Of a stretch of DNA of 61,698 nt, positions 16,499 through 25,988 are shown piece by piece. Source of the DNA: a bacterium (lineage in GTDB: Bacteria; Patescibacteriota; Doudnabacteria; UBA920; 2-01-FULL-46-14). Each line of letters begins with the position of its first letter. Position 1 is the stretch's first letter. The stretch lies in the NCBI GenBank assembly GCA_030700065.1, contig JAUYKH010000040.1, positions 1 through 61,698 on the forward strand, written 5' to 3'. A program made the translations under genes and the position numbers. The notes beneath the pieces were generated by a model that ran no database searches, was not told the DNA's origin, and was given only the letters and a program-made list of their open reading frames with translations.

Positions 16499-17380
16499 AT
16501 GGCTGATTTATCGGTTATCATTGTCAATTTCAATACCAAAGACAAGCTCCGTGCGTGTTTGCGGTCGGTTTTTGCGTCACGAACGAAATTTAACTTCGAA
16601 GTCTGGGTGGCGGATAACGCCAGCAGTGACGGGTCAGTGGAGATGGTAAGGGAGGAATTCGGGCAGGTGAAGTTGATTGAGAATAATGAGAACGTTGGGT
16701 TTGCTAAAGCCAACAATCAAGCCCTTCGCAAAGCGCAGGGACGATATTTTCTGCTTTTGAATTCCGATGTCGAAGTCTCGGCGGACAGTTTTGACAAGAT
16801 GCTTGTCTATATGGATAATAATCCCATGGTCGGCGCGGCGGGCTGCCGGGTAATGAAAACCGACGGAACTTTGGACAAGGCGTGCCGCAGAAGCTTTCCC
16901 AATCCAGTCAATTCTTTTTTCCGCCTGACAGGACTGTCATTTCTTTTTCCACGAAGCAGAGCCGTCGCATCTTACAATTTGACTTATCTGCCCGAGGACC
17001 AGATCGCGGAAGTAGACAGCGTGATGGGCGCGTTTTTGCTCATTAGACGCGACGTAGTGGCACGGGTTGGACTTTTGGACGAACAGTTCTTCATGTACGG
17101 TGAGGATTTAGACTGGTGTTACAGGATCAAAGCGGCCGGATACAGGGTGATGTACGTGCCGACAACTTCAGTGATTCATCACAAAGGATCGTCTTCGAGA
17201 AAGCTTCCGCAAAAAGCGCTTTATGAATTCCACCGCGCCATGGAACTTTTTTACAACAAACACTATCGCGCGAAATACAATTTTTTATTAAACCTTATCG
17301 CGTACGCGGGAATTTGGCTGCGTTACGCAGTACTCGCAGCCGCAAACAGCGTAAGACAAGAAAAATATGTTAGCAAATGA
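16499..17380 (+). CDS. GT2-family glycosyltransferase
   Basis: SVIIVNFNT, VADNASSDGS, NVGFAKANN and LLNSDVEV motifs. Confidence 0.8.
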   Translation: MADLSVIIVNFNTKDKLRACLRSVFASRTKFNFEVWVADNASSDGSVEMVREEFGQVKLIENNENVGFAKANNQALRKAQGRYFLLLNSDVEVSADSFDKMLVYMDNNPMVGAAGCRVMKTDGTLDKACRRSFPNPVNSFFRLTGLSFLFPRSRAVASYNLTYLPEDQIAEVDSVMGAFLLIRRDVVARVGLLDEQFFMYGEDLDWCYRIKAAGYRVMYVPTTSVIHHKGSSSRKLPQKALYEFHRAMELFYNKHYRAKYNFLLNLIAYAGIWLRYAVLAAANSVRQEKYVSK

Positions 17381-18617
17381 AACACCCGAGAATACTAATA
17401 ATCCGAAGATGAGCTCTGTCAAGAAATTTTTTGTCCTGCTTTTTGTCGTTCTAGTATTTTTTGCGGGCGTGCAGTTGGGGCGCTCCGACAGCAAATTTAG
17501 CAGGGCATTGCCAATTTTTGTTGACGAAAATCGGGGAAATGCGCCTGGGGAAGTGGATTGGCAAATTCTCTGGGATACGATAGACAAAATAAATCAAAGG
17601 TATTTGGATAGGCCGGTCGACATGACCAATCTTTTGTATGGAGCGGTGAGCGGCGCGGTCGCGTCCTTGGATGATCCCTACAGCTTGTTCCTGCCGCCAA
17701 AGGAAGCGGAGGAATTTGGAAACGAGCTCCGCGGAAGCCTGGAGGGGATCGGCGCGGAAATTGCGCTCAAGAATCAACAGCTGATTGTGGTCGCGCCGAT
17801 TGACGATTCGCCGGCCATGAACGCCGGCGTGAAGGCCGGGGATTATATTGCCAGGGTTGATGGCGAGGATACGTTTGGCATGACCCTTGAGCAGGCGGTT
17901 AGGAAAATCCGCGGCCCGGCGGGAACGAGGGTCACACTGACCATTTTTCATAAGGGCCAGACCAAACCGGTCGAGATTGCCATTACCCGAGCGCGGATTG
18001 AAGTCAAAAGCCTAAGCCATGAGATCCAGGACCTTGAGGGAAAGAAGATCGGTATCCTCAAACTGCGCCGTTTCGGGGAGGAGACCCAAGGCGAGCTCGA
18101 CAAGGCCATTTCCGAATTTCTGGTGAAGAATGTCAAAGGAGTGATATTGGATTTAAGAAATAATCCGGGAGGCTATCTGGAAACTTCAGTCTCGGTTGCG
18201 AGCAATTGGGTCTCATCGGGGGCAACCGTGGTCATCCAGAAATCAAGCGATGGCAATGAGCAAATATACGAAGCCGAAGGGGCAAATCGCCTGGCTGGCA
18301 TGCCGACCGTCGTTTTGATCAACGGCGGTTCGGCATCTGCCTCGGAAATTGTGGCTGGAGCGCTTCGGGACCACGGCCTGGCCAAACTTGTCGGGGAAAA
18401 AAGTTTTGGGAAAGGATCGGTCCAGGAACTAATTGAGCTCCGGGGGGGCGCGGAACTGAAACTTACGATTTCCAAATGGGTTACGCCCAGCGGACACGAC
18501 CTGAACAAAGAAGGGATCGAGCCGGATGAAAAAATCGAGCTTACGGACGAGGATTTTCAGAATGACCGCGATCCGCAGATGGATAAGGCCTTGGAGGTGT
18601 TGTCGGATAGCTTTTAG
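17367..18617 (+). CDS. S41-family C-terminal processing peptidase (PDZ domain)
   Basis: GIGAEI, a PDZ segment, RNNPGGYL, SASASEIVAGAL and FGKGSVQ motifs. Confidence 0.85.
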   Translation: MLANETPENTNNPKMSSVKKFFVLLFVVLVFFAGVQLGRSDSKFSRALPIFVDENRGNAPGEVDWQILWDTIDKINQRYLDRPVDMTNLLYGAVSGAVASLDDPYSLFLPPKEAEEFGNELRGSLEGIGAEIALKNQQLIVVAPIDDSPAMNAGVKAGDYIARVDGEDTFGMTLEQAVRKIRGPAGTRVTLTIFHKGQTKPVEIAITRARIEVKSLSHEIQDLEGKKIGILKLRRFGEETQGELDKAISEFLVKNVKGVILDLRNNPGGYLETSVSVASNWVSSGATVVIQKSSDGNEQIYEAEGANRLAGMPTVVLINGGSASASEIVAGALRDHGLAKLVGEKSFGKGSVQELIELRGGAELKLTISKWVTPSGHDLNKEGIEPDEKIELTDEDFQNDRDPQMDKALEVLSDSF

Positions 18618-18644
18618 GTTGTAGGTGACAGCTTGTAGCATGGG

Positions 18645-18676
18645 TCAACGGCCCAACCCTTGAGCCGTTGATTTTA
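18645..18676 (+). terminator. Rho-independent terminator
   Basis: TCAACGGC ... GCCGTTGA stem followed by TTTTAAGTTT. Confidence 0.55.
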
Positions 18677-18679
18677 AGT

Positions 18680-18709
18680 TTGACTTTTTTGCTGCTTTTG
18701 AGCTACGAT
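18680..18709 (+). promoter_or_regulatory. Sigma70-type promoter TTGACT-18 nt-TACGAT
   Basis: Read directly from the sequence. It is followed by AGGAGG (18725-18730) and ATG 18735. Confidence 0.45.
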
Positions 18710-18734
18710 GAGATGATTTAGAACAGGAGGATAT

Positions 18735-20030
18735 ATGTATTCGCATTGGCAAATTATAAATGTGATTCTGCCTTCGGGTCAGAGGAGCGCTATACAGATT
18801 AAGGATAGGCTTATCGAAGAGGTCGGGCAGGAGCGGAAAGGATTACTGCCTTTTTTGGACGCCAAAGGGCTTCATGTCGTGCCGGGTCTTATCAATCCTC
18901 ATGTGCATTTCCGAACCCCCGGCGAGGAGCACAAAGAAGACTGGGTGACGGGGACGGCCGCAGCTTTGGCCGGCGGGTGCACCACGGTTGGCGATATGCC
19001 AAACAACAAAATCCCTTGCACGACGGTTGAGAGATTGGTGAACAAAATCGAGACGGTGGGCGAACAGGCTTTGAATGCTCGGTTTTGGATGGCCGGAATG
19101 CCGGACAATATCTCTGAAATCCGGGACGCACGTTTTTTGAAGCCACCCCTTCTGGGTGTTAAAGTGTACTTCGATCTTTCGACGGGCGGGTTGATAGTTC
19201 GCGAACAGAAAGACCGGATCGCCATAGCCGAGAAGACGAGGGAAGGGAAATTAGTCTACGCGGTGCACGCGGAGAGCGAGCGCATCAGGTTACGGAATGA
19301 GAGCATGATGGAGAAGTTGCCGCGAATTTCTGATCATTGCATCATTAGGAGCGCAGAGTCGGAAATCGAGGCGGTGAAAAAAGCAATTGAAGTGCAACGG
19401 TGTACTGGCGTGAAGATGCTGATTTGTCATGTTTCTCACCCAACTTCGGTGGAGCTCATTTTGCTAGCAAAAGATCGGGGCCAGGAGATTTACATCGAGG
19501 GTTGCCCCCACTACCTGTTTTTGACATCTCACTTGCTTGATAGAATCGATGGCGCTTTTTTCAAGATGAATCCCCCATTGCGCGATCCCAAAGAGGCAGA
19601 GCTCATGCTTGATTATGTCTGCAGGGGAGATGTCGATATAATCGACTCCGACCACGCGCCGCATACTCAAGAGGAGAAAATCGGACATCCGTATGACAAG
19701 ACCCCGAGCGGGGTTCCAGGGGTTCAGGACCTATTTTCTCTGATGTATTCGCTTGTGGCCGCCGGCAGGATGACCATTGGGCAGTTTATCGAACTTACTT
19801 CCACCAACGCGGCTAAGCTGTTTGGCATGAAGAAAGGGGCCCTGGCCCCGGGTTATGACGCTGACCTGGTATTGTTTGACCCGGCGGCGGAGGTGGTTTT
19901 CCGCAACGAGGAGCAGTTGACGAAATCCGCTTGGTCGCCCTTCGCCTTGGCTGGCTTGCGTGGCATGGGCCGGCCAAAAGTGGTGATCAATCGAGGGCAG
20001 ATTGTGTATAGACGAGCAGATGACGAATAA
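18735..20030 (+). CDS. Dihydroorotase-like cyclic amidohydrolase
   Basis: PGLINPHVHFRTPG (HxH) and DSDHAPH motifs. Strong RBS. Confidence 0.7.
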   Translation: MYSHWQIINVILPSGQRSAIQIKDRLIEEVGQERKGLLPFLDAKGLHVVPGLINPHVHFRTPGEEHKEDWVTGTAAALAGGCTTVGDMPNNKIPCTTVERLVNKIETVGEQALNARFWMAGMPDNISEIRDARFLKPPLLGVKVYFDLSTGGLIVREQKDRIAIAEKTREGKLVYAVHAESERIRLRNESMMEKLPRISDHCIIRSAESEIEAVKKAIEVQRCTGVKMLICHVSHPTSVELILLAKDRGQEIYIEGCPHYLFLTSHLLDRIDGAFFKMNPPLRDPKEAELMLDYVCRGDVDIIDSDHAPHTQEEKIGHPYDKTPSGVPGVQDLFSLMYSLVAAGRMTIGQFIELTSTNAAKLFGMKKGALAPGYDADLVLFDPAAEVVFRNEEQLTKSAWSPFALAGLRGMGRPKVVINRGQIVYRRADDE

Positions 20031-20040
20031 CACAAGATTT

Positions 20041-20078
20041 GGAGTAAGGTAGACTGGTCTACCTTACTCCGCTTTTTT
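20041..20078 (+). terminator. Rho-independent terminator
   Basis: GGAGTAAGGTAGAC-TG-GTCTACCTTACTCC perfect 14-bp stem followed by GCTTTTTTAT. Confidence 0.85.
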
Positions 20079-20080
20079 AT

Positions 20081-20109
20081 TTGTCTAAAGTGATATTTTT
20101 TGCTTTAAT
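20081..20109 (+). promoter_or_regulatory. Promoter TTGTCT-17 nt-TTTAAT, 10 nt upstream of ATG 20120
   Basis: The spacing was read directly from the sequence. Confidence 0.4.
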
Positions 20110-20119
20110 TAAGGCACGA

Positions 20120-21868
20120 ATGACTGCAAAAGAGCTTCGCAAAAAATACATTGAGTTTTTCAAGAGCAAGGGACATGCGCTGATCCCTTCGGCTTCGCTC
20201 GTGCCGCAAAATGACCCGACAGTCTTGTTCACGACGGCGGGCATGCATCCGCTCGTTCCCTATCTTTTGGGCGAGCCACACCCGGGAGGCAATCGTCTGG
20301 TAAGCGTGCAGAAATCCCTGCGCACTGACGATATCGAAGAGGTAGGGGACAATGTTCACAATACTTTTTTTGAAATGCTTGGCAATTGGTCGCTGGGCGA
20401 CTATTGGAAGAAAGAAGCCATTGGATGGTCGTATGAATTTCTGACCGACAAGAAATGGCTGGGAATAGACCCCGCGGTATTCGGGATCAGTATTTTTGGC
20501 GGGGATGATGATTCGCCGCGCGATGATGAATCAGCGCAAATTTGGAAATCACTTGGCATACCCGATGAGCGGATTGCTTATCTTGGCAAAGAGGATAATT
20601 GGTGGGGGCCGGCTGGCGTAACAGGGCCTTGCGGGCCGGATACGGAAATGTTTATCCGGACTGGCCGCGGCGAAGCGCCGAAAAATTTTGATCCAAAAGA
20701 CGGGGACTGGGTGGAAGTCTGGAATGATGTGTTTATGGAATATAATAAAACCATCAACGGCTCCCATGCGCCGCTTCTACAACAGAACGTTGATACCGGC
20801 ATGGGGCTTGAGCGCATGCTTATGGTTTTGCAAAAGAAAGAAAGCGTGTACGAGACTGAATTATTTGAGCCGATTATAGAAAAAATAAGGGGCTTGGCGA
20901 AGAAGCAGGACACAAAAGCCGAACGAATTGTCGCTGATCATATTCGCGCCGCGACATTTATCATTGCGGACGGAGTTGTGCCTTCGAACAAGGATCGCGG
21001 GTATGTATTGCGCAGGCTTGTCCGCCGCGCGATCCGCTACGGGCAGATATTGGGCATTGCGGAGGAGTTTGCCGCGGAGATTGGGAGCGTGGTGGTTGAG
21101 AGTTTTCACGACATTTATCCCGAGCTCAAAGTTCATAGGGAAAAGATTGCGAATGAATTAGGCAAAGAAGATATAAGGTTTCGAAAGACTTTGGACAAAG
21201 GCCTTCGGGAATTTGAAAAATTGGGACAAATTGACGGCAAGAAGGCTTTTGATTTGTTTCAAACCTACGGTTTTCCCTGGGAGCTTACCCGGGAGCTTTC
21301 GGAAAACAAGGGCCAAATGGTAAATCAGGAAGAGTTCGAAGGGGAATTCAAAAAACATCAGGAACTTTCCCGGACCGCGGGCGCGGGGGTTTTCAAAGGG
21401 GGTCTTCAGGACCATACGGAAGAAGTCGTCAGACTTCACACCTCGACGCACCTTCTGCAGGCCGCGTTGCGGAAAGTGTTGGGGAATCATGTTTTCCAGA
21501 AAGGCAGTAATATCACGAAAGAGCGGACGCGGTTTGATTTTGCGCATCCGCAAAAGTTGACTCCCGAAGAAATTAAAAAAGTTGAAGACCTTGTGAATGC
21601 CTGGATCGAAAAGGATTATTCGGTCAAAAAAGAGATGATGCCCCTTGAAGAAGCGCGCCGTTTGGGCGCCATCGGCCTCTTTGGCGAGAAATACGGCGAA
21701 CAGGTTTCTGTTTATACAATATGCGATTCGGCGGCCAACGAAGTTATCAGCCGGGAATTTTGCGGCGGCCCGCACGTGGAACACACAGGCGTTATCGGAA
21801 AGTTTAAAATCGTGAAAGAAGAATCGGTCGCATCGGGAGTAAGAAGAATCAAGGCAACGGTGGAATAG
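20120..21868 (+). CDS. alaS: Alanine--tRNA ligase, compact form (about 582 aa, no C-Ala domain)
   Basis: Class II AlaRS N-terminus ELRKKYIEFFKSKGH...FTTAGM...NWSLGDYWK. Editing-site motifs HTSTHLL and CGGPHV are present. Confidence 0.85.
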   Translation: MTAKELRKKYIEFFKSKGHALIPSASLVPQNDPTVLFTTAGMHPLVPYLLGEPHPGGNRLVSVQKSLRTDDIEEVGDNVHNTFFEMLGNWSLGDYWKKEAIGWSYEFLTDKKWLGIDPAVFGISIFGGDDDSPRDDESAQIWKSLGIPDERIAYLGKEDNWWGPAGVTGPCGPDTEMFIRTGRGEAPKNFDPKDGDWVEVWNDVFMEYNKTINGSHAPLLQQNVDTGMGLERMLMVLQKKESVYETELFEPIIEKIRGLAKKQDTKAERIVADHIRAATFIIADGVVPSNKDRGYVLRRLVRRAIRYGQILGIAEEFAAEIGSVVVESFHDIYPELKVHREKIANELGKEDIRFRKTLDKGLREFEKLGQIDGKKAFDLFQTYGFPWELTRELSENKGQMVNQEEFEGEFKKHQELSRTAGAGVFKGGLQDHTEEVVRLHTSTHLLQAALRKVLGNHVFQKGSNITKERTRFDFAHPQKLTPEEIKKVEDLVNAWIEKDYSVKKEMMPLEEARRLGAIGLFGEKYGEQVSVYTICDSAANEVISREFCGGPHVEHTGVIGKFKIVKEESVASGVRRIKATVE

Positions 21869-21895
21869 AAATCGTTAAGATGGTAAGATGACCCC

Positions 21896-22747
21896 ATGAT
21901 GAGTCTAGAAAAATGGTCTGGATTGCCGATTCAAATGAGGGATGATTATAGTCTGGTTTTTGAGGGCGGGTTGCCCTCGGTTGCTCCACAGATTCGGGAA
22001 TTTTCGGCAATGAAAAATTTTTTGAAAGACGAGATCGGTACGTACTGGCGCCGCGATGTGTACCATATGTACCGGGACGTGTCATTGCCCGAGCATACCG
22101 ACGCCATCCACGCCGCTAAACTGCAATACGATATCACGGTCATACCGCCCGGAAGGATGGGGGATGAATTCGTCAAAACCATCGGGCACTATCACCGGTT
22201 TAAGCCTGGAACGCAGATCAGATACCCTGAAGTTTATGAAGTCATCTACGGCAAAGTTTTTGAACTTATTCAGCGGGCCTCTCCGGATCTTGAAAGATTG
22301 GAGGAGGTTTACTTGATAGAGGCAAACCGCGGCGAAAAGATTATGGTGCCGCCCGGATTTGGGCACGTAAGCATTAATCCCGCTGATGACGTGCTGGTGC
22401 TCGCAAACTGGCAGCTGTTGGACAATAAGGGCATCTACGAGCCGTATGAATCAAAAAACGGGGCCGCGTATTATGTAATCCAATCAGAGAGATTATCAAA
22501 CAGCGGGTCGCTCTCCGCCCAATATGAATTTTTGCCAAACATGCATTACAATCAGCTTCCCCCGCTCGTCCGCGCCCGCACCCGGGATTTTCCGCAATAT
22601 GATCTCCGGAGCGCCTTGCCGATGTACAAAACCGGCGTAAAAAACCTCAAGGCGCTGGAATTCCTGGTCAACCCCGAAGATTACATGGATGAATTAACGC
22701 CTGATAAATTATTAGCCCGTCAAAATTCAAAAAATGAGAAGTTTTGA
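21896..22747 (+). CDS. Cupin-type (archaeal-type) glucose-6-phosphate isomerase family protein
   Basis: TIGHYH...EVYEVI...VPPGFGHVSIN parallels the Pyrococcus cPGI motifs TKGHFH...VPPYWAHRTVN. Confidence 0.6.
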   Translation: MMSLEKWSGLPIQMRDDYSLVFEGGLPSVAPQIREFSAMKNFLKDEIGTYWRRDVYHMYRDVSLPEHTDAIHAAKLQYDITVIPPGRMGDEFVKTIGHYHRFKPGTQIRYPEVYEVIYGKVFELIQRASPDLERLEEVYLIEANRGEKIMVPPGFGHVSINPADDVLVLANWQLLDNKGIYEPYESKNGAAYYVIQSERLSNSGSLSAQYEFLPNMHYNQLPPLVRARTRDFPQYDLRSALPMYKTGVKNLKALEFLVNPEDYMDELTPDKLLARQNSKNEKF

Positions 22748-23978
22748 CATCAAGGCCCCCCAAAAAGCAAAGGGCGCGGACCCGGTCAAACGACCACAAA
22801 TGCGTAAGAGCCGGGGTCATTACCGCAAAACCTTATTTACCGGAATTGCGCTCGTTGTTTTGCTGGCGGTTATTGTTTTTTACGTGATGCCGCAAGCGCG
22901 CGCGGATATCAAGCTTCGGACCGAGCCGGTCACCAGGGATTTGGAGGTGCGCGTCGACAGCCGTCAACAAACAGCCGACGCGGCGAACCTCGTCATCCCG
23001 GGAGAGTTTTTGCAATCCGAAACCACCAAAGGCCGAAAGTTCGCGGCGACCGGCAAAAAGGACGTGGGACAAAAAGCCTCCGGGTTTGTGTATATTTACA
23101 ACTTTTCCAAAACGACGTTGGTCTTGAAAGCGCAAACAACCGTTCTAAATGTCGGCGACAGGGAGTATTTATTCGTGCAGGATGTCGGCAACATTCGCCC
23201 GACCGCCCTCATCGGGCTCGAGGATCAGGAGGTCGACCAAACGAGCCTGATTGCCCCCGTGCCGGTGGTTGCGGCCGGGCCCGGCCCGGCATACAATCTC
23301 GCCGAGGGTGCCCGGATTGAAATAACCAATGAAGTTTTTGGGGCGCAGCCAAAGGCTCTTTACGCTGTCGCGGCCGAGGGCGGATTGACGGGCGGGGTAA
23401 CCCGCGAAATCAAGGTGGTGACAGAGAATGATATTCTTTCCAGTTTTGATATCCTAAATCAAGAACTGATCAACGAAACCAGAAACGAGCTGAATGGAAG
23501 CAAACCGAATTCAAAATTGTTGGACAAGGCGGCATCCTCGGAAATAATCGAAAAGTATTCCTCCGCCTCACCCAGCCAGGAGGCGTCCGAATTTGAATCG
23601 GCAATCAAAGTCAGGCTCAAGGCCCTCGCGTATGATGAATCGGAAGTATTGAGGATTATTCGAGAACGCATCAGCAAGCTTCTGCCTAAAAACAAAATCC
23701 TCTCCTCAGACGCGCAATTTCGCCTAAATTCGCAATTTAAGAGCATAGATCTGGCATCTGGCAGCGGAATTTTGACGAATCATTTTGAGGGCAAGGCTTC
23801 GTACCAGTTGGACAAGGAGGAACTTTTGGAAAAGATAAAAGGCAAGTCCCCGGACGAGATCCGGGAGATCTTGCTCTCCCGTCCGGAAATAGAGTCCGTA
23901 GAAATCAAATTGTCTCCGTTCTGGGTGAAGAAAATGCCCAGATTTGGTAAAAGAATTACCCTTGAGTTAACCCCTTGA
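22734..23978 (+). CDS. Hypothetical membrane-anchored protein (414 aa)
   Basis: Basic N-terminus followed by one transmembrane helix. No family was recognised. Confidence 0.55.
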   Translation: MRSFDIKAPQKAKGADPVKRPQMRKSRGHYRKTLFTGIALVVLLAVIVFYVMPQARADIKLRTEPVTRDLEVRVDSRQQTADAANLVIPGEFLQSETTKGRKFAATGKKDVGQKASGFVYIYNFSKTTLVLKAQTTVLNVGDREYLFVQDVGNIRPTALIGLEDQEVDQTSLIAPVPVVAAGPGPAYNLAEGARIEITNEVFGAQPKALYAVAAEGGLTGGVTREIKVVTENDILSSFDILNQELINETRNELNGSKPNSKLLDKAASSEIIEKYSSASPSQEASEFESAIKVRLKALAYDESEVLRIIRERISKLLPKNKILSSDAQFRLNSQFKSIDLASGSGILTNHFEGKASYQLDKEELLEKIKGKSPDEIREILLSRPEIESVEIKLSPFWVKKMPRFGKRITLELTP

Positions 23979-24016
23979 CCCCGCACCAGAACCCAAAACA
24001 GCCAACTGGCGCGGGG

Positions 24017-24045
24017 TTGACGAACCCCTGCTTTTACATTATCAT
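24017..24045 (+). promoter_or_regulatory. Sigma70-type promoter TTGACG-17 nt-TATCAT ahead of the infA operon
   Basis: The -35 box is at 24017-24022 and the -10 box at 24040-24045. Confidence 0.5.
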
Positions 24046-24076
24046 ACATCTATTACTGAAATAAGTAAGGTAAAAA

Positions 24077-24337
24077 TTGTTTAAACCTCCAGTTTCTCAC
24101 GATTCCGGGCAGAATCGACCCAATACCAATAAGGACACAATCGAAGTAAAAGGTAAGGTCATTGAGGCTTTACCCAATGCTGTTTTTCGGGTAAAAATAG
24201 AATCCGGACAAGAGGTATTGGGTCACATAGCCGGCAGATTGCGAGTTAATCGGATCAGGATATTGCCCGGCGATCAGGTTTTGCTGGAACTGACCCCTTA
24301 CGATTTAACAAGGGGGAGGATAACAAGGAGATTTTAA
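24077..24337 (+). CDS. infA: Translation initiation factor IF-1 (TTG start, N-terminal extension)
   Basis: [65 protein letters not shown]. Confidence 0.85.
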   Translation: MFKPPVSHDSGQNRPNTNKDTIEVKGKVIEALPNAVFRVKIESGQEVLGHIAGRLRVNRIRILPGDQVLLELTPYDLTRGRITRRF

Positions 24338-24340
24338 AAA

Positions 24341-24454
24341 GTGAAAGTCAGGGCGTCAGCCAAAAAAATTTGCCAGAAGTGTAAAATCGTCCGGCGAAAG
24401 GGCAGAATTTTTGTGATATGCGAAATTCCTAAACATAAGCAAAGACAGGGTTGA
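24341..24454 (+). CDS. rpmJ: 50S ribosomal protein L36
   Basis: This gene is not in the ORF track. GTG start; translation is [37 protein letters not shown]. Confidence 0.9.
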   Translation: MKVRASAKKICQKCKIVRRKGRIFVICEIPKHKQRQG

Positions 24455-24520
24455 CCCATACAAATTTTGTGTCTACTATACGAAAATAATGTTAATCAAT
24501 CTAAAAATTTAGGCGGGTAA

Positions 24521-24916
24521 ATGGCGACCGTTAGAATCGCGGGAGTGAATCTCCCCGCGCGAAAAAGAATCGAAGCCGCCCTCCCGTACATCTACGGCAT
24601 TGGTTTTTCGCGCGCGCGGAAAATTTTGAATACAGTAAAAATCGATCCGAACAAAAGAACCGCGGATCTCTCCGAAAACGAGGTTGAAAAATTGAAAGAA
24701 TTTATTGAGGGCAATTTCAAGGTCGAAGGATCACTGCGTCAGGAAATATTGCAGAATATTAAAAGGCTGAAAGAAATCGCGGCTTACCGCGGAATTCGCC
24801 ATATTCGCGGCCTGCCCGTGCGAGGACAGCGGACGAGGACGAACACCCGCACCGTTCGGGGAAATGTGCGAAGGACCGCGGGATCAGGCCGGCGCGCGGC
24901 CGCAGAGAAGACCTAA
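24521..24916 (+). CDS. rpsM: 30S ribosomal protein S13
   Basis: ARIAGVNLP...YIYGIG...[13 protein letters not shown]. Confidence 0.95.
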   Translation: MATVRIAGVNLPARKRIEAALPYIYGIGFSRARKILNTVKIDPNKRTADLSENEVEKLKEFIEGNFKVEGSLRQEILQNIKRLKEIAAYRGIRHIRGLPVRGQRTRTNTRTVRGNVRRTAGSGRRAAAEKT

Positions 24917-24917
24917 A

Positions 24918-25355
24918 ATGGGGGAGCAAAAGGTAAAGACAATCAGCGGAGGCGAGGAAGCCGCGAAGCCGGCGCCCGCGAAGGCGCCAGCCAAAAAAGG
25001 CAAGCGCAAAATTCAGCGCGGACGAATTTATATTCAATCGACTTATAACAACACCATAATTACAGTGACTGACAGTGAGGGGGGTGTTATCGAATGGGGT
25101 AGCGCCGGATTGGCCGGTTTCAAGGGCAGTAAAAAGTCCACGCCATACGCGGCCCAGCGGACCATGGAAGAGACCTTGGGCAAACTGAAAAATTCCGGCC
25201 TGGAAGAAGTAGACATATTCATCAAAGGAGTTGGATCCGGCCGTGAGTCGGCCATCCGCGCCCTGCAAGGATCCGGGATCACTGTTTTGTCAATCAAAGA
25301 CATGACGCCAATTCCCCACGGAGGAGTCAGACCAAAGAAAGTGAGAAGGGTATAA
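24918..25355 (+). CDS. rpsK: 30S ribosomal protein S11
   Basis: [16 protein letters not shown]...[14 protein letters not shown]. The start is set at ATG 24918, just after the rpsM stop. Confidence 0.9.
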   Translation: MGEQKVKTISGGEEAAKPAPAKAPAKKGKRKIQRGRIYIQSTYNNTIITVTDSEGGVIEWGSAGLAGFKGSKKSTPYAAQRTMEETLGKLKNSGLEEVDIFIKGVGSGRESAIRALQGSGITVLSIKDMTPIPHGGVRPKKVRRV

Positions 25356-25356
25356 T

Positions 25357-25965
25357 ATGAGCAGAATTACGGGACCAAAAACAAGATATGCTCGGCGTTT
25401 GGGCGAACCCTTGCGAGACAAGGATTCGAAAATTTTGGTTAAACGAAATTACCGTCCGGGCATGCACGGGCAGAGCCGCACGCGAATTTCTGAATACGGA
25501 ACACAGCTTTTGGAAAAGCAAAAGGCCAAATGGATTTACGGCATTAAAGAACAACAGTTTAGGCGTTACATTGAGGACGCGACAAAGAAAAAAGGAATGA
25601 CCGGGGATATCCTGCTTCGGGCTTTGGAACTCCGAATGGACAATATTATTTACCGGCTTGGCTTTGCCGCAAGCCGGGCGCAGGCGAGACAACTCGTAAC
25701 CCACGGTTTTTTTACGATCGATGCCAAACGGGTGAACATCCCGTCTTATTCCGTGCCAATTGGCTCGCAAATCGCGGTTGCCGCGAATAAGCGGCCTTCT
25801 AAATATATCCAGCAAATTTTACCGAAGCTGAAAGAATTCAAAACTCTCGAGTGGCTCTCGCTCGACGGCAAGAGTTTGAGCGGGAGAGTGCTCTCGGCCC
25901 CCACCTTCGAAAACACGGGCAGCACTATACGTTCGGAACTTATCATCGAACATTACAGCAGATAA
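25357..25965 (+). CDS. rpsD: 30S ribosomal protein S4
   Basis: SEYGTQLLEKQKAK..YG, RLDNIIYRLGFA.SRAQARQLV.HG. Confidence 0.95.
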   Translation: MSRITGPKTRYARRLGEPLRDKDSKILVKRNYRPGMHGQSRTRISEYGTQLLEKQKAKWIYGIKEQQFRRYIEDATKKKGMTGDILLRALELRMDNIIYRLGFAASRAQARQLVTHGFFTIDAKRVNIPSYSVPIGSQIAVAANKRPSKYIQQILPKLKEFKTLEWLSLDGKSLSGRVLSAPTFENTGSTIRSELIIEHYSR

Positions 25966-25988
25966 ATAATTTTTAAGGAGCAACTTTC

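Noticed and set aside
24864-24917. ORF-track 5' extension of rpsK overlapping rpsM
   Set aside because: The S11 homology and a sensible junction begin at ATG 24918, immediately after the rpsM stop.
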